A stretch of DNA of 64,000 bases from assembly GCF_000315625.1 (NCBI RefSeq), contig NW_005434664.1, forward strand, positions 357,765 through 421,764, in the 5' to 3' direction. This DNA is from Guillardia theta CCMP2712 (lineage: Eukaryota; Protista; Cryptophyta). Within the stretch, counting starts at the first letter, position 1. Every line of letters starts with the position of its first letter. The position numbers were made by a program, and so were the translations under genes. Positions 36,691-52,430 of this stretch are shown piece by piece. The notes below the pieces were generated by a model. That model was not told the origin of the DNA, searched no databases, and saw nothing but the letters and a program-made list of their open reading frames with translations.

Positions 36691-36927
36691 AAGTGCATGC
36701 TCTGCCGGGAGTTCTTCCGTCCTGCTCCCTCCCCTTGGATGCTCCTGCTGCTCGCCCGCCCACCCTCCATGCTTCCTCTCTCGGGCCCCCTTTGATGTCC
36801 GAACTCTCCTCCCCTCTTTCCTCCAACNNNNNNNNNNNNNNNNNNNNNNNNNNNNNNNNNNNNNNNNNNNNNNNNNNNNNNNNNNNNNNNNNNNNNNNNN
36901 NNNNNNNNNNNNNNNNNNNNNNNNNNN

Positions 36928-41213
<4,286 letters not shown>

Positions 41214-41230
<17 letters not shown>

Positions 41231-41556
41231 TTGGAGCTTCTCCCACCATAATCGATCTCCCGAATATGTGTATCATCTCCGCGATCTCTCGGAGATTTGT
41301 CTGTCGGATGGAAGGAGATATGCTGTCCATCACGTCTATGAACTCCTTCACGTCCTTCTTGCTGCTCCTCAACGTCTTGGACACGATATCGTGAACCTTT
41401 CGTTTTTGTCCCTGCCTAGCAGTCAAGGAGGGCAACGAACAGGAAAAGGAGACAGAGATAATCATGTCAATGAAAATGATGAGGGTGATGATGTGATGTT
41501 GAGGTTCAGAGAGCGAAAAAGAGAATCATGATGAACGATCCACCGACGCTCAACAT

Positions 41557-41592
<36 letters not shown>

Positions 41593-44500
41593 ACCAACAA
41601 AATTATGACGAATGGAACCATTTTTGCATCTCTTACATCTAGCGTTCGGGGCTGTGACATATGGAACGAGGCAGGTTCTGTCCCCCAAACCTTGAGCTTC
41701 GGAGGTTCAATCGCCTCTGGTTGCCAGATGTGATCAATTGAGGAGGTGGAGGAGAAGGAGGAGGAAGTGGTGGTGGTGGAGGAGAACGCATGGTGGTGGT
41801 GGTGGCAGTGGAAGAGGAGGAGGAGGAGGAGGAGGAGGAGGAGGACGCAAGGTGGAGGACGACAGGGAAATGTTGAGACGAAACGAGGAGGCACCGTCAG
41901 ACGTTGACCGCACTGCGCTTGTCAAATTCTGGATCATATCCAACCATTCCACATGCTCGTGGGCTCCTGGAGGGCTTCCTCTCTCCCCATCCTCCTCTTC
42001 AGGAGCACTCCCCCCGATGCCGTTATCTTCTAGATGCGAGACGTGCATGGTCCGCTTGCCATGCTGCTCATGGTAGGACGAGTCCAACTCCGACGCATGC
42101 GTCTGCGCTGGTTTCGGGACGGCCCTTCGAACCATGTCCTTGTCAGGGCTGCTTCTCCTCTGCAGAGCAGGATCAGTCACGAGTCTCGTCCTCAAGCACA
42201 AGGGCTTCACGATGTTACCTGCAGCCTCTTGAGTTGCCTGTCCTTGGCTCGAACCTGACTGCAAGTCTAAGAGCGAGCAGGTAGGAGCAAGCGAACCTGC
42301 CTGGTCCTCGGCGTGCCGCAGGTTCGCAAGCAGACGCATCTTCTCCCTCTCATGCTGAGATTCATCCTCTCAGCACGGCTAGTGGGCAGGGCAAGCAACC
42401 TGGTCAGCTGACTGCCGGAGGATCCGATTCTCCTCTTGCGCATCCTGGTGCTGAAATCATCGAGGACAGGCAGAAGGCGGACAAACGGCAGAAGGAGGAG
42501 AGGAGTGAGCACGGGATGGAGGGAGACAGGACGGGACATGAGAAGAGAAAGAGGGGAAGAAGCAGAAGCAGAGGCAGAGGCAGAAGCAGAAACAGGGACA
42601 TGGGCAGTACTGAGCAGGAGGAGGGGGAGGAGGAGGAGGATGAGGAGGAGGATGAGGATGAGGAGGAGTTGGTGGTGGTGGTGGTGGCGGCGGCGGCGGT
42701 AGAAAAGGGTGGGGGGTGGGGGTGGCATTGGACGGGGCGGCGACCTCCAGCAGCTTCTTGTATCTCACTAGGAGATCCGCCATGCAAGTTTGTCGCTGAT
42801 TGACTTTTTTCTTTCCCGCCAAAACGACCGGGCATGCCGAGCGCCCGTGGCGATGTCGCCGATGCTGCAGATGTCGCCTCTCAGATCCGAGTTGAGCAGG
42901 TTGCACGCGCATGCTTGTGAGCGAGCCTGGAACTCAAGTGGTCGCAAGCTGAGACAAGTCTCAGCTTGGTGAGGAGGATGGGGAGGGGACGTCGGGGGAG
43001 GTTAGGGAGGACATGAACGAAGCTCGTCGTGGGGGAGAAGAGAGCCGCTACCGATAGGGCAGGAGGGGCAGCAGAAGAAGAAGATCCCTTGATCCCTTCT
43101 ATGCCTCTTCGCATTGACTTAGGGCTGGTGGGGTTCAAGTTCGCCCTCTAGGGCCATCGTTCCAGCTGGGTTCACAACCAGTAATGCGCGAGCAAGGAGA
43201 GGGACGCGGCAAGCGTGAGAAGCATCAGCGGGTGCTGCTGCTCACGGTATTACCCTTGGAACAGTCTACGGTGAGAGGAGCACAACAAACTTGGAACGAG
43301 AAGAGCAAGGGACATGGAGCAGGTCGAAACACTTGACAACGTTTGCCAATATTTACAGAACCTCCCCAGTACTCCCAGCAACATGCCCAGCACCCTGCCC
43401 CACAAACACGGACTTCGCTATCTCCTCGGTCGAGAGGGAAGCTCGTCAGGTGGAGGGGAGGGGGTCCTGGGGCCCTTCCTGTCCGCCAACTCCGGCAGGT
43501 CCCCGGTGAAGGAAGTGTTGCTGAACGTCGTGTGTGCTCTGGGAGCATCCTCGTGGGTGTCGTAGGTGACGCTCTTGGCGATGGGAGGAAGCTGCTCGTT
43601 CGAGCCCCTCAAGTCATACGCCGAGTAGGACGTCTTCACGTTGCCCCTGGGGAACCCCTGGATGGTGTGCGAGCCGCGCAAGATGGACTGGTTGCCGCTG
43701 TAGGCCTTGATGAACGATGCTTTTGTCCTGCATATCTCCCCTCAGCACCGCACACGACGCTGTTCAGCAGCAGTACCTGGCCTTGGTAGGAGACGTGCTC
43801 CGCAGGGTTGACTTCTTGGCGAACTTGAGCTGGGAGCTAGAACTAACGAGTGGGTTAGACGCTCTTCAAAGCGCAGCATGCTCAGGAAGAAACCTGTGCG
43901 GATTCAGCACTGACTGCAGAGGCGACTGCCCATGGGATTGCGAGACCGCAGGGCGCTGACTGTGCGATCGTCTGTTCTTTGTCTTGGACCTCGCTTCCTC
44001 AAGGCTGTGCTTGATCGCTAGAGTCTTGATGTGCCCTTCGCCCCACTCCTTCTCTGCAACCTTGACCGCCTGCTCATAGGAGGCCAGAGCCTCGTCGACC
44101 ATGTTGAGATGCTCCTGTTCCACCGCCAGGTTGTGCCAGGCGATCGCCAAGATGCTCGCGTCGTCCGTGGCGTTCTTTCCTCCGCCATTCTCGTCCTCGC
44201 GAACCTTCTGCTTGCGCGACGCGGCCATGGCTTCCAGGAGTTCGAGGGCGCACTGAGCATGCTCCAACGCAGGGCCATGCCTTCCTAGCTGTGACAGAGT
44301 CGCACACAGGTTCAGGTGAGTTCCTGCCGGGTTGTCGACCTCCTCGCTCGTGAGCTCAATCTTGAGCGCTTTCGCCAAGTATTGGAGAGCGGCATGGAGC
44401 TTGCCCCTCCTCTTGTAGAAGCAGCCGAAGTTGTTGAAGGTGACCGCTCTCAGCTTCATCCTCATCTTCTTGTCTCGGATGTAACCCGATGGGGACGTGA

Positions 44501-45057
44501 GGATCTCAGCTTTCTTCAGCAGCTCATAGGCCAGCAGGTGGTTGTCTAGGGGGCGAAAAGTCAGGCAGGCAGCAAGAGCAGGGCACGTCATGGCGGAGGA
44601 GAAGCATACCTCTCTGAAGGCTGTTCATCGCAAGAGTGTTGCAGCTGGTTGTAAAAATCTGACAGACCTTGCTGACTTCAGGGTGATCTGGGCCGAACAG
44701 CTCCTTCCGGACAAAGAGCCCTTTCTCCAGGTGCTCCAGCGCATCGAAGGGCTTGCTCTGCTGTTGCATGGCAGCATACATCTGATCGTGCTGCCTGATT
44801 CTCCGCTTGAGATCCGCCGCCTCATCTGGGGAGATATACGGTCTATTTGCCGGCGCATGCGCGACCCCGCTACCGCCGCCATTCTCTGCATCGGCCGCGG
44901 CTGCCGCTCCATACATTTTCCCTTTAGCCATGTACTCTGCTTCCCATGATCCTCCTTCACCACCGGCACCATCTTCCATCAGCCTTCGATCGCCGCCTGC
45001 TCCTGCTCCTGCTCCTGCTCCTCCCCCTCCCTCCTCCCTCCGACGCTCATCAGCCAT
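41214..45057 (-). CDS. TPR-repeat protein (kinesin-light-chain-like TPRs) with long low-complexity C-terminus
   Basis: ALEHLEKGLFVRKELFGPDHPEV, AVTFNNFGCFYKRRGKLHAALQYLAKALKIE, AGTHLNLCATLSQLGRHGPALEHA, AIAWHNLAVEQEHL; 3' end approximate. Confidence 0.75.
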
Positions 45058-45592
45058 GAAGCCAACCGTTAGTCCTGACCACCCCTGCTCGCCCCACCAT
45101 CAAACACCTGTTGACTCGATACCCCTACCTCCCCGAAACACCCTACCCACTCACAATCACATGCAATGATGACACCCCTCCAAATATCCTTAAATGTACC
45201 CCACTTTAAAAGAATTTGCCTTCATGTTGTTACTATCACCCCCTCATTTGAAATACTACCCCCCAGACTCCTTCTCTAAGTGTCGATACCCCCACCCCCT
45301 TTAATAAAGTTCATCGTCCCTGAAGTAAGTTGACCACCGAAGGCCGGGAAAAGGAACAGGGGATAGAGGGGAAAAGAACGATGGTGGAGGGGAGGGAAAC
45401 TGCACTTGAGGAGAAGGACCCAGCAAGGAAGACATGTTATCAGCTGTATGAATGATCGACAGAAGAACAACTCACACGTTGCTCTCTCTGTTTCTTTGAA
45501 GGAGGGTGGGAAGAGCGAAGCAACGAGGGATCGAGGTAGCAAGTTGCGGCACCGAGCGTATTTACATGTAAAATAAGGAAACAATAAGACTG

Positions 45593-47046
45593 TCACGATC
45601 TTTTACAGTCTGCATCAGTATCGAGGTTCACAAACTCGAACTCATCCTCGTCGAACAACTCTAACTTGCGCCTTTGCTCCTCCTTAGCGCGCAGAGCAGC
45701 AATCCTGTCCCTGTCAGTGAGAATCTCCAACGCCAGCACTTCCTCGTTCTGCGTCTACAAGCACAGGAAATTAGCGTCGCACGGGAGAGGCGCGCGCGCA
45801 AGGCTGCAGAGAAGAAGGAAGGAGGTGAAGGTGAGGGTGGGGGCCGGGTTGGAAGGAAGGGACCTCTTTCAGTGCCAAAGCCACGTCTTCCCTTCCAAAC
45901 CCCAGCTTTTCCATCTGTGACACGAGCTCCTTTTTGTTCCCTCCTCTCAGCACCGTCGCACACGGAGAGCATGGGAGTGCGTACCTCGTCCACACTGGAG
46001 GTCGAGTACATGCCCGTGAGGATCTCAAGTGCCTTCGTAGCATCATTCTGCACACGGACCAGCACCTGCACTTCATCACCCTCCTGGGAACACGTCCCCA
46101 CTCCTCTACCTTGAGCACATCGGCGCGAGAGAACCCGTTAGAACAGAGCTGATCGCACAGAACGGGGTTCGGAGACACCTTCCGCACACCTATCCTTCCC
46201 CCATGGATGGACTGCTTCCACCCGAACCCCGAGAACAGATTCGCGAACAAGCCCGTCGGTCTGCCCCCCGCTTGAGGAGCCTGTATCATCGTATCACTCA
46301 AACATAGTATCATGATGTAGGGTTACCTGGGGTCTTGGGCGCCTTGAGCCAGGTTTGAGCTCTCGCTGCATGCTCGTCCTCAATTCAGGACTTTCTGAGG
46401 CTGCTGGATCGGCAGCTGCTTCCTCCTCTTGCAAAGGTGGCGGCAGCTGGATGGCGGCGAAAAGAGGGTCAGACAAGACTCCAGGGGAGGAGTAAGGAGA
46501 CAAGGAAAGAGCTCGTGCAAACACACCGCCGCAATGCACTCACATGCTGCTCTGCTCTCTGGACCGCATCAGCCGCGATCATCTTCAGCATCTTGAAGGC
46601 ATCGGACATCTCATGGTGGTTCGTCTCGTGCAGTGCCTTGACCACTTCTTTGCACAGTCTCAAGAGCTCCCCGTACATTCTTGAGGGCTCGTCTGCGAAC
46701 GCCATGGAGATCTTCTCGCCCGCTATCCTGAGCGCTGCCAGCACCGGGTAAGTACGACAACGAGAGAGGAGCTCGTGTACGTTCAAAGTCGTCGCACACT
46801 GACAGAGTTTCGTCGTGCTCTGCCATGAACGATCCAAGCTCGTCCTCGCTGGCCAAATAGATGTCCACCTCAGAATCATCCTGCGCTTCCAATCCACTTG
46901 GTTCCATCTGCAGAGATCATCGTCAAGCATCATGGCTGTGGCTCGAGAAGGCTCCTGCATCAGTCACATGTCGTAACCAGGTTCCTAGCTAGGGTTTGCA
47001 ACACCCGCGGCAAAGTTCGTCGACACGGTGCTTTACAGGCGACCAT
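45593..47046 (-). CDS. Protein with two UBA-like domains (ends approximate)
   Basis: DQLCSNGFSRADVLK...NDATKALEIL and VSQMEKLGFGREDVALALK...ALEIL; acidic tail FDEDEFEFV. Confidence 0.55.
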
Positions 47047-47286
47047 CTCTCATACTCTTCTGGGTTTCAATCTACACACATGCATGTAACTGTCTCTATC
47101 TCCCTCTTCCCTCCCTTGTCTCTCCATCCCTCACTTCGGCTCTACCCCACCGGTTTCCTCCCTGCATTTTTGGCCTTCCGATCTTGTACTCGATCGGATG
47201 TAACCGGTTGAACTTGGTCGGGGTCCTGAAACTGCTGTAACCGACAGTAGTTACAACGGTCGCCCGGAAATAGGAGAATGCTATAA

Positions 47287-49390
47287 ATGGCGGAGGGAGG
47301 AGGGGACGGGAGGGCAACAATGGGGGGCAGGATGCAGCAGGGTGGGAGACACAGCAGGAATGCGAGGCTTGTAGGAGCGGGGGCACTCGGGACGGTGGGG
47401 CTACTGGTGGTTGCGCTCCTTGTTGGAAGCGACATGGCTGCTCGAGAGCACATGGGGCGACCTGCCAGTGAACTTGAGCAGCGTGGGGACATGGAGAGAA
47501 GATGGAGAGGCATCGATGGTGGGAGAGAGAGTGCAAAGTTGCGTCTTGAAGCCCTTCAGAGGAGGCTGCAGAGAAGTGCTGAGGAGCTGCAAGGGTCTGA
47601 CGGGAGCGACGACGATTTGATCAGCCACCTTATCGTGGGTCAAGGGAGCAAGGACCATGGGAGGAAGGACGCCAGCCGACGGGTGCTGGATGAAAAATTC
47701 CGCCGTTGGATGGATGAAAGGAAGCAGAGGGAGGTCCATCAAATGCAGCAGCTGCAAACCGCTCCCATACCGAGCGATCAGCAAGGACTGCGAAATACGG
47801 AACCTGTCTATCATGCCCGCCCGGAAAGACTGAACACTGGCGCGAGGAGTGTACGATCGAAGAGAACAGACCGTCTTACACCCTACCAGGCAAGAATGCT
47901 CTCGGACCTGTTCAAAGCATCATCAAGAGCTCCCAACACCTTCCCATCCACCACCTTTCTCAAAAGCTCTTCAACGACAACGCTGAGATCAGGGCCGTAC
48001 AAGGCACCTATGTCACAGCCTCATGCATGGGACGAGCCTGTCCGAGCCACCTCGCTGAAGGAAGTCAATGCATCGATCATATCTCGCACGCTGTTGGACT
48101 CGGATGCAGTGTTGAGACATGCGAGCAAGGATCTGTTAGCGCTCGAGGGCTTTCTGAGGAATCTTTCGCTCCGCGTTCAACGAAGTGAAACGACGGCCAG
48201 CAGCGCGCGCAAGGGCGAGAAGCCGAGTGACTTGCAAGTCATTGAATCCGCAACAGCAGGAGCTGTGAAAGCTGTTCTTGCGATGCTGTTCTCTCATGAA
48301 CAGATCTCTGAGGTCCATGACACCGAAATGGCATCGCCGCCAGTCAACGAAACAGAGGACGGTCTGAGTACGATCCCGCGATCTTTGTCGTCGAGTGCTC
48401 AAAGTATTGGATCTTCTATCTTGAAGATCATGAATGTGTCGGTGCTCGGAAATCAGAGCAAAGTTGAGAAGGCAACGGGCAAGGCTGTTCTGCAGGAGCT
48501 CACTACAGCGTTTCGACACCATCAGGTTGTTCAGAGAAACAAGACGAAACTAGTCAGGATGCCGAAACAGTCCGTCAAGGTAAAACACCAGCGTGCAAAG
48601 CATGGTAGGTCTAAGATCGGAAGGATTCTTGAGAAAGTGACTCAGTGACAAGGTTGTGGTGAGCTGTGTCAACTACATTCGCTGATTGCCAACATACACT
48701 CAACTTTGAGTCACTTGAATATCAAACCTGCATCTCGTCACTCAATCAGAAAAGTTGCAAGGCGCAAGGCGACACGCGGAGGCTCCCCTGTAAATTTTTA
48801 ACTTCCTTTTTATCTACCCCGTATCTGACTTCTTGTTGACGCAGCACAAGCCTGACAGCTCAACGTCTGACATTCCTGGCCTGAAATACGTCGAGAGAGA
48901 TTACGTCCTCTCGCACATTAACGGGGAGCCGGTGCGTTGCTCCCTCCTCAGTTTCTTGTTCGTCTTACTCTCTTGACAGGTTATCGTCCCCGAGTTCATT
49001 CCTTCCCTTGCGAGCCGTTGGTCCCCCATGTCCCCCTCTCAGCAGCAACTTTCCTCAGACGGGATCGATGACGCGGGGGGCTGGAGGGCAGGTTCAGAGC
49101 TATCAACTATGGTGAGCCCACCAATAGCAGACCAGGAGTGGCAATTCTCCCAGGACGCCCACTCCGGTCGATCAGGTCACTCCGAGCCCAAGGACATAAG
49201 GGAGACTGTCCTGAGGCGAGAGAACATGGGGACGCAAGCAGTTTCGTCTGCTTCCTCGTATGATGGCAGAAAGCGGCCGCAGCAACCTGGTTACTACGGG
49301 GCCACAGCGAGCATCTACGAGTCGATCGACAGGGTCGACAGGCTTTTGAAGGCATCAGAGGACGTCGCAGGTTTCGCCTCCTTGTCTTGA
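47287..49390 (+). CDS. Uncharacterised type II membrane-anchored protein, multi-exon
   Basis: 453-aa ORF with TM LVGAGALGTVGLLVVALLVG; later exons end SEDVAGFASLS*. Confidence 0.55.
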
Positions 49391-49614
49391 TAGAAGAGCC
49401 ACCGAAATCTTCTGGTTCAGTCAGTGCTGCCCTCTCCGACTGTAAATAGGACGATGAGCGTGTATGTGAGCTCTGTGTACAGGTTATCTATTAACAGCAC
49501 AAGACTTGTCTCCTTCAAGCCGTGATCTTCAAGTTTCTCATACCCCCATGAGCGCATCTTCGTTCACAACTCGTCATCATGCGCTTCGACTGAAAGTTCC
49601 TTGCTCACCTGTAT

Positions 49615-50976
49615 CATCTCACCCCCTTCGCTGCCTCTGAGTTTAACTTGGCTCGCTCCGTAAACACCTGCGACAATAAGGGTCATACTGCCTTGCTCCT
49701 CGCCCTTTCCTCTAACCTCCGCAGCAGCCTTCAGCTTGTGATCTTCGCCTCCCCATGCCTTGAGAGCGGAGCTCTGCAGGTCACCATACATCAGCACTTG
49801 CAGGGAAGGGAGGTCAAGGCTGAACCTGCAACGCTCTCCCGAAGGAGAAGGTCAGCGCCCACGGTCTGCAGCTCCACTCAATCACGAGTCGACGTCATCC
49901 TCACCTGCACAGGCTCACCTGTCCCGAGGGGCCTTCTTGACTATAGCATGAAGGTGATTGGTGGCCTCGTCTTCGGACTATCATCATCATTGATGAGGAC
50001 AGAAACATCATCAACTAGTCACTTGCCTGCCCCCCCGACAAGAAGCAGATGGTGGAAACAGCTAGAGCGAATGTGAGGCTGGCTTCTCAAGGACAAAAAT
50101 ATCTACCCGGCGGAACCACTCTCATCAGCGTCCGAACTTCAAAACCTTCGTCAACGGGCGATAACAACTCCTTGCCAGCTACCTGTATACTCCGCCACAT
50201 CCAGAGGAGCAAAGGGCTGGATAGACTCCGAACCAGGACGAACCTACCTCCCTCCATCAGACCCGATTGCCCACTGTCTCAACTCACCATGTTCGGCAGC
50301 AGAACTATAGCCTCGATGCACACGTGATTATCGATGAGCGCCTTGAACACCGCAGCCAGGACCTTCTCTGTGACCTTGGAGCACCGCTCGATCGAGTGCG
50401 AGCCATCTATGAGGATGTCCGGCTCGATCAGCGGCGTCAGACCCTTTGACTGACAGACAGCAGCGAATCGCGCCAGGCACCATGCGTTGTCCTGTATCGC
50501 TAGGGCGCTCGGACACCCGTTCCTCTCGTCTATCCTCAGCACCGATCTCCACTTGGCAAACCTTGCTCCAAGTTTTTGGTACGATGCACAGCGCTGGGCG
50601 AGGCCGTCCAGCCCCGTCGTCGAAGTCTCTCCGCAAGTCCCGGGGATTTCAACGACGCCCGTGTCAACCTTAATGCCGACCTCGATGCCTCGCTGTTGCA
50701 GCAACTTCACAAAAGGCGTCCCGTCGTCGCATTGCTGGTACAGCGATTCTTCGAAGAGGATGACGCCCGAGATGTACTTTTCAATGTCTGGAGCCATGAG
50801 CAGCATCTGCCGGAATTTTCTTCTGTTCATGTCGTTGTTCTCTACCCCGTGGTGTGAGAACCTTTTGCCGATCGTCCCTATGGACTCGTCGGCTGCAAGA
50901 ATGCCTTTACCATTCGCCCCCAATGCACGTGCCGTCTCCTTCATCTGGTCGAGCATAGGAGGTGTCCATAGATACC
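49615..50976 (-). CDS. FBA: Class I fructose-bisphosphate aldolase homologue lacking the Schiff-base Lys; 5' exons unresolved
   Basis: GKGILAADES, GIKVD, GLDGLAQRC, ARFAKWR, IEPDIL, FLSGGQSEDEAT, PWALTFSFGRALQ; EAIVLLPNM where the family has EGTLLKPNM. Confidence 0.92.
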
Positions 50977-51529
50977 TGCAGGAGTAGATCTCACAGTGAA
51001 TCATCCAACAATGACGCTCGAGTATTCCCTAATTCCTCAACGTCAATGCATGCTCGATACAGGCTAACAGATCCAACCACAAAGCCTCTCTCCCATCTTT
51101 AAAGCCACTTCAACCTCTAGGAACTTTCGTGACAATGCCATGTAGGTGTCAACAGGGTCATATGTGAGATACCAAGAGCAGGCTACCCGAGTCCATCTTT
51201 TCGGAGCTTACCTCAATTTCAGTGCCTGATCCCACTTCGGTATCTACATCATTCCCCCCTCCTCTCCCAGCCATCCTAATCAACCTCATACTTTCGTATC
51301 CTTCAGTCATTCGTTGGTTTTCTTACCCTGCTTCCACAATACCCAGGGTCGCCATCGCCAGCGTCGCTGCAACCGCTACTGCCGCCGCCCCCCGCATTCC
51401 GCCTTTTTCTTGACTACAGACCATCAATTTTGAGCACCATCACCCCCCATTTCCATCCATAATCATGCATAAACCCACCGGTACTTTCACTTTTTGGTAC
51501 GAAGGTTTATAGTCAAGATAATGGAGTAT

Positions 51530-51900
51530 GTCTCTACCACCCCACCCCATACTATCCATTCAAGTACCCCAGTCACCATCTTCATGTCCAGTACCCCAAG
51601 TACCCACCTGATCTAGAACCAAAAAGTCAGAGAAAACGACCGGTCATGAATCACTACCCGTCGACCCCAAAAATCACCCCTGTCTCGCTGGGGGTTTTAC
51701 CCCAGCCAGCCACCCCTGCATTACTTTTACCACCCACCCTCTATCAGCCCTTTTACATTCACAGGATCCGACTACCCCCTTTGACACTACCCATTACCTT
51801 GAGGACTTCTACCCCAGTTTATGCTGGAATATTCAGCGGTCCTTTACTACCCCACCTTACTCATCAACGAGCACAGCTCACCCCTACCCCATGGAACCAG
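51530..51900. promoter_or_regulatory. TACCCC-rich tract between divergent FBA and PA200 genes
   Basis: Many TACCC(C) words; similar tracts lie upstream of other gene starts. Regulatory role is inferred. Confidence 0.4.
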
Positions 51901-52430
51901 CCTCAACACCTCCAGCCGCCATGCAGGTAAGACGGCGATGTATAGGAATATCCCCGAATATGCACAATGGTGTTTCCCTTGCGGTCCTCGCTGGCAGATG
52001 TTCTTTATGTTACATCCAATGTCACTTGTGCTCCATGCTCTCGCATAGGAGGTCTTGGATCCTTGCCAGACTCACTTGAACGTCTCTGTCCTAGTTATCC
52101 GACCCTTCCGTATCCTCCCACCCACTGCCCTCGCTATTCAGCATATTGATATGATCCCAGCACTGCAACCCCCCCTCTTCCCCCTTTCCATCCTGCCTCG
52201 CCTGCCGCATCTTGTGTGTCCTTTGTATCGCTCGAATATCCGAAACTGCATACTCGGTGCTGTTGTCGCGGAGATTGTTGGATACCTCGGAGTTTGTAAT
52301 GAGTACTTGTGCAGTGAAAATGGCGCGGAGCTTTATACACACACCCTGCAAATAGGCAGGTGGGTGAGGGAAATCGATTTGTTGACCCATGGTATAAACG
52401 AATCCCTCTCGATTGGTGAACATCAATACG

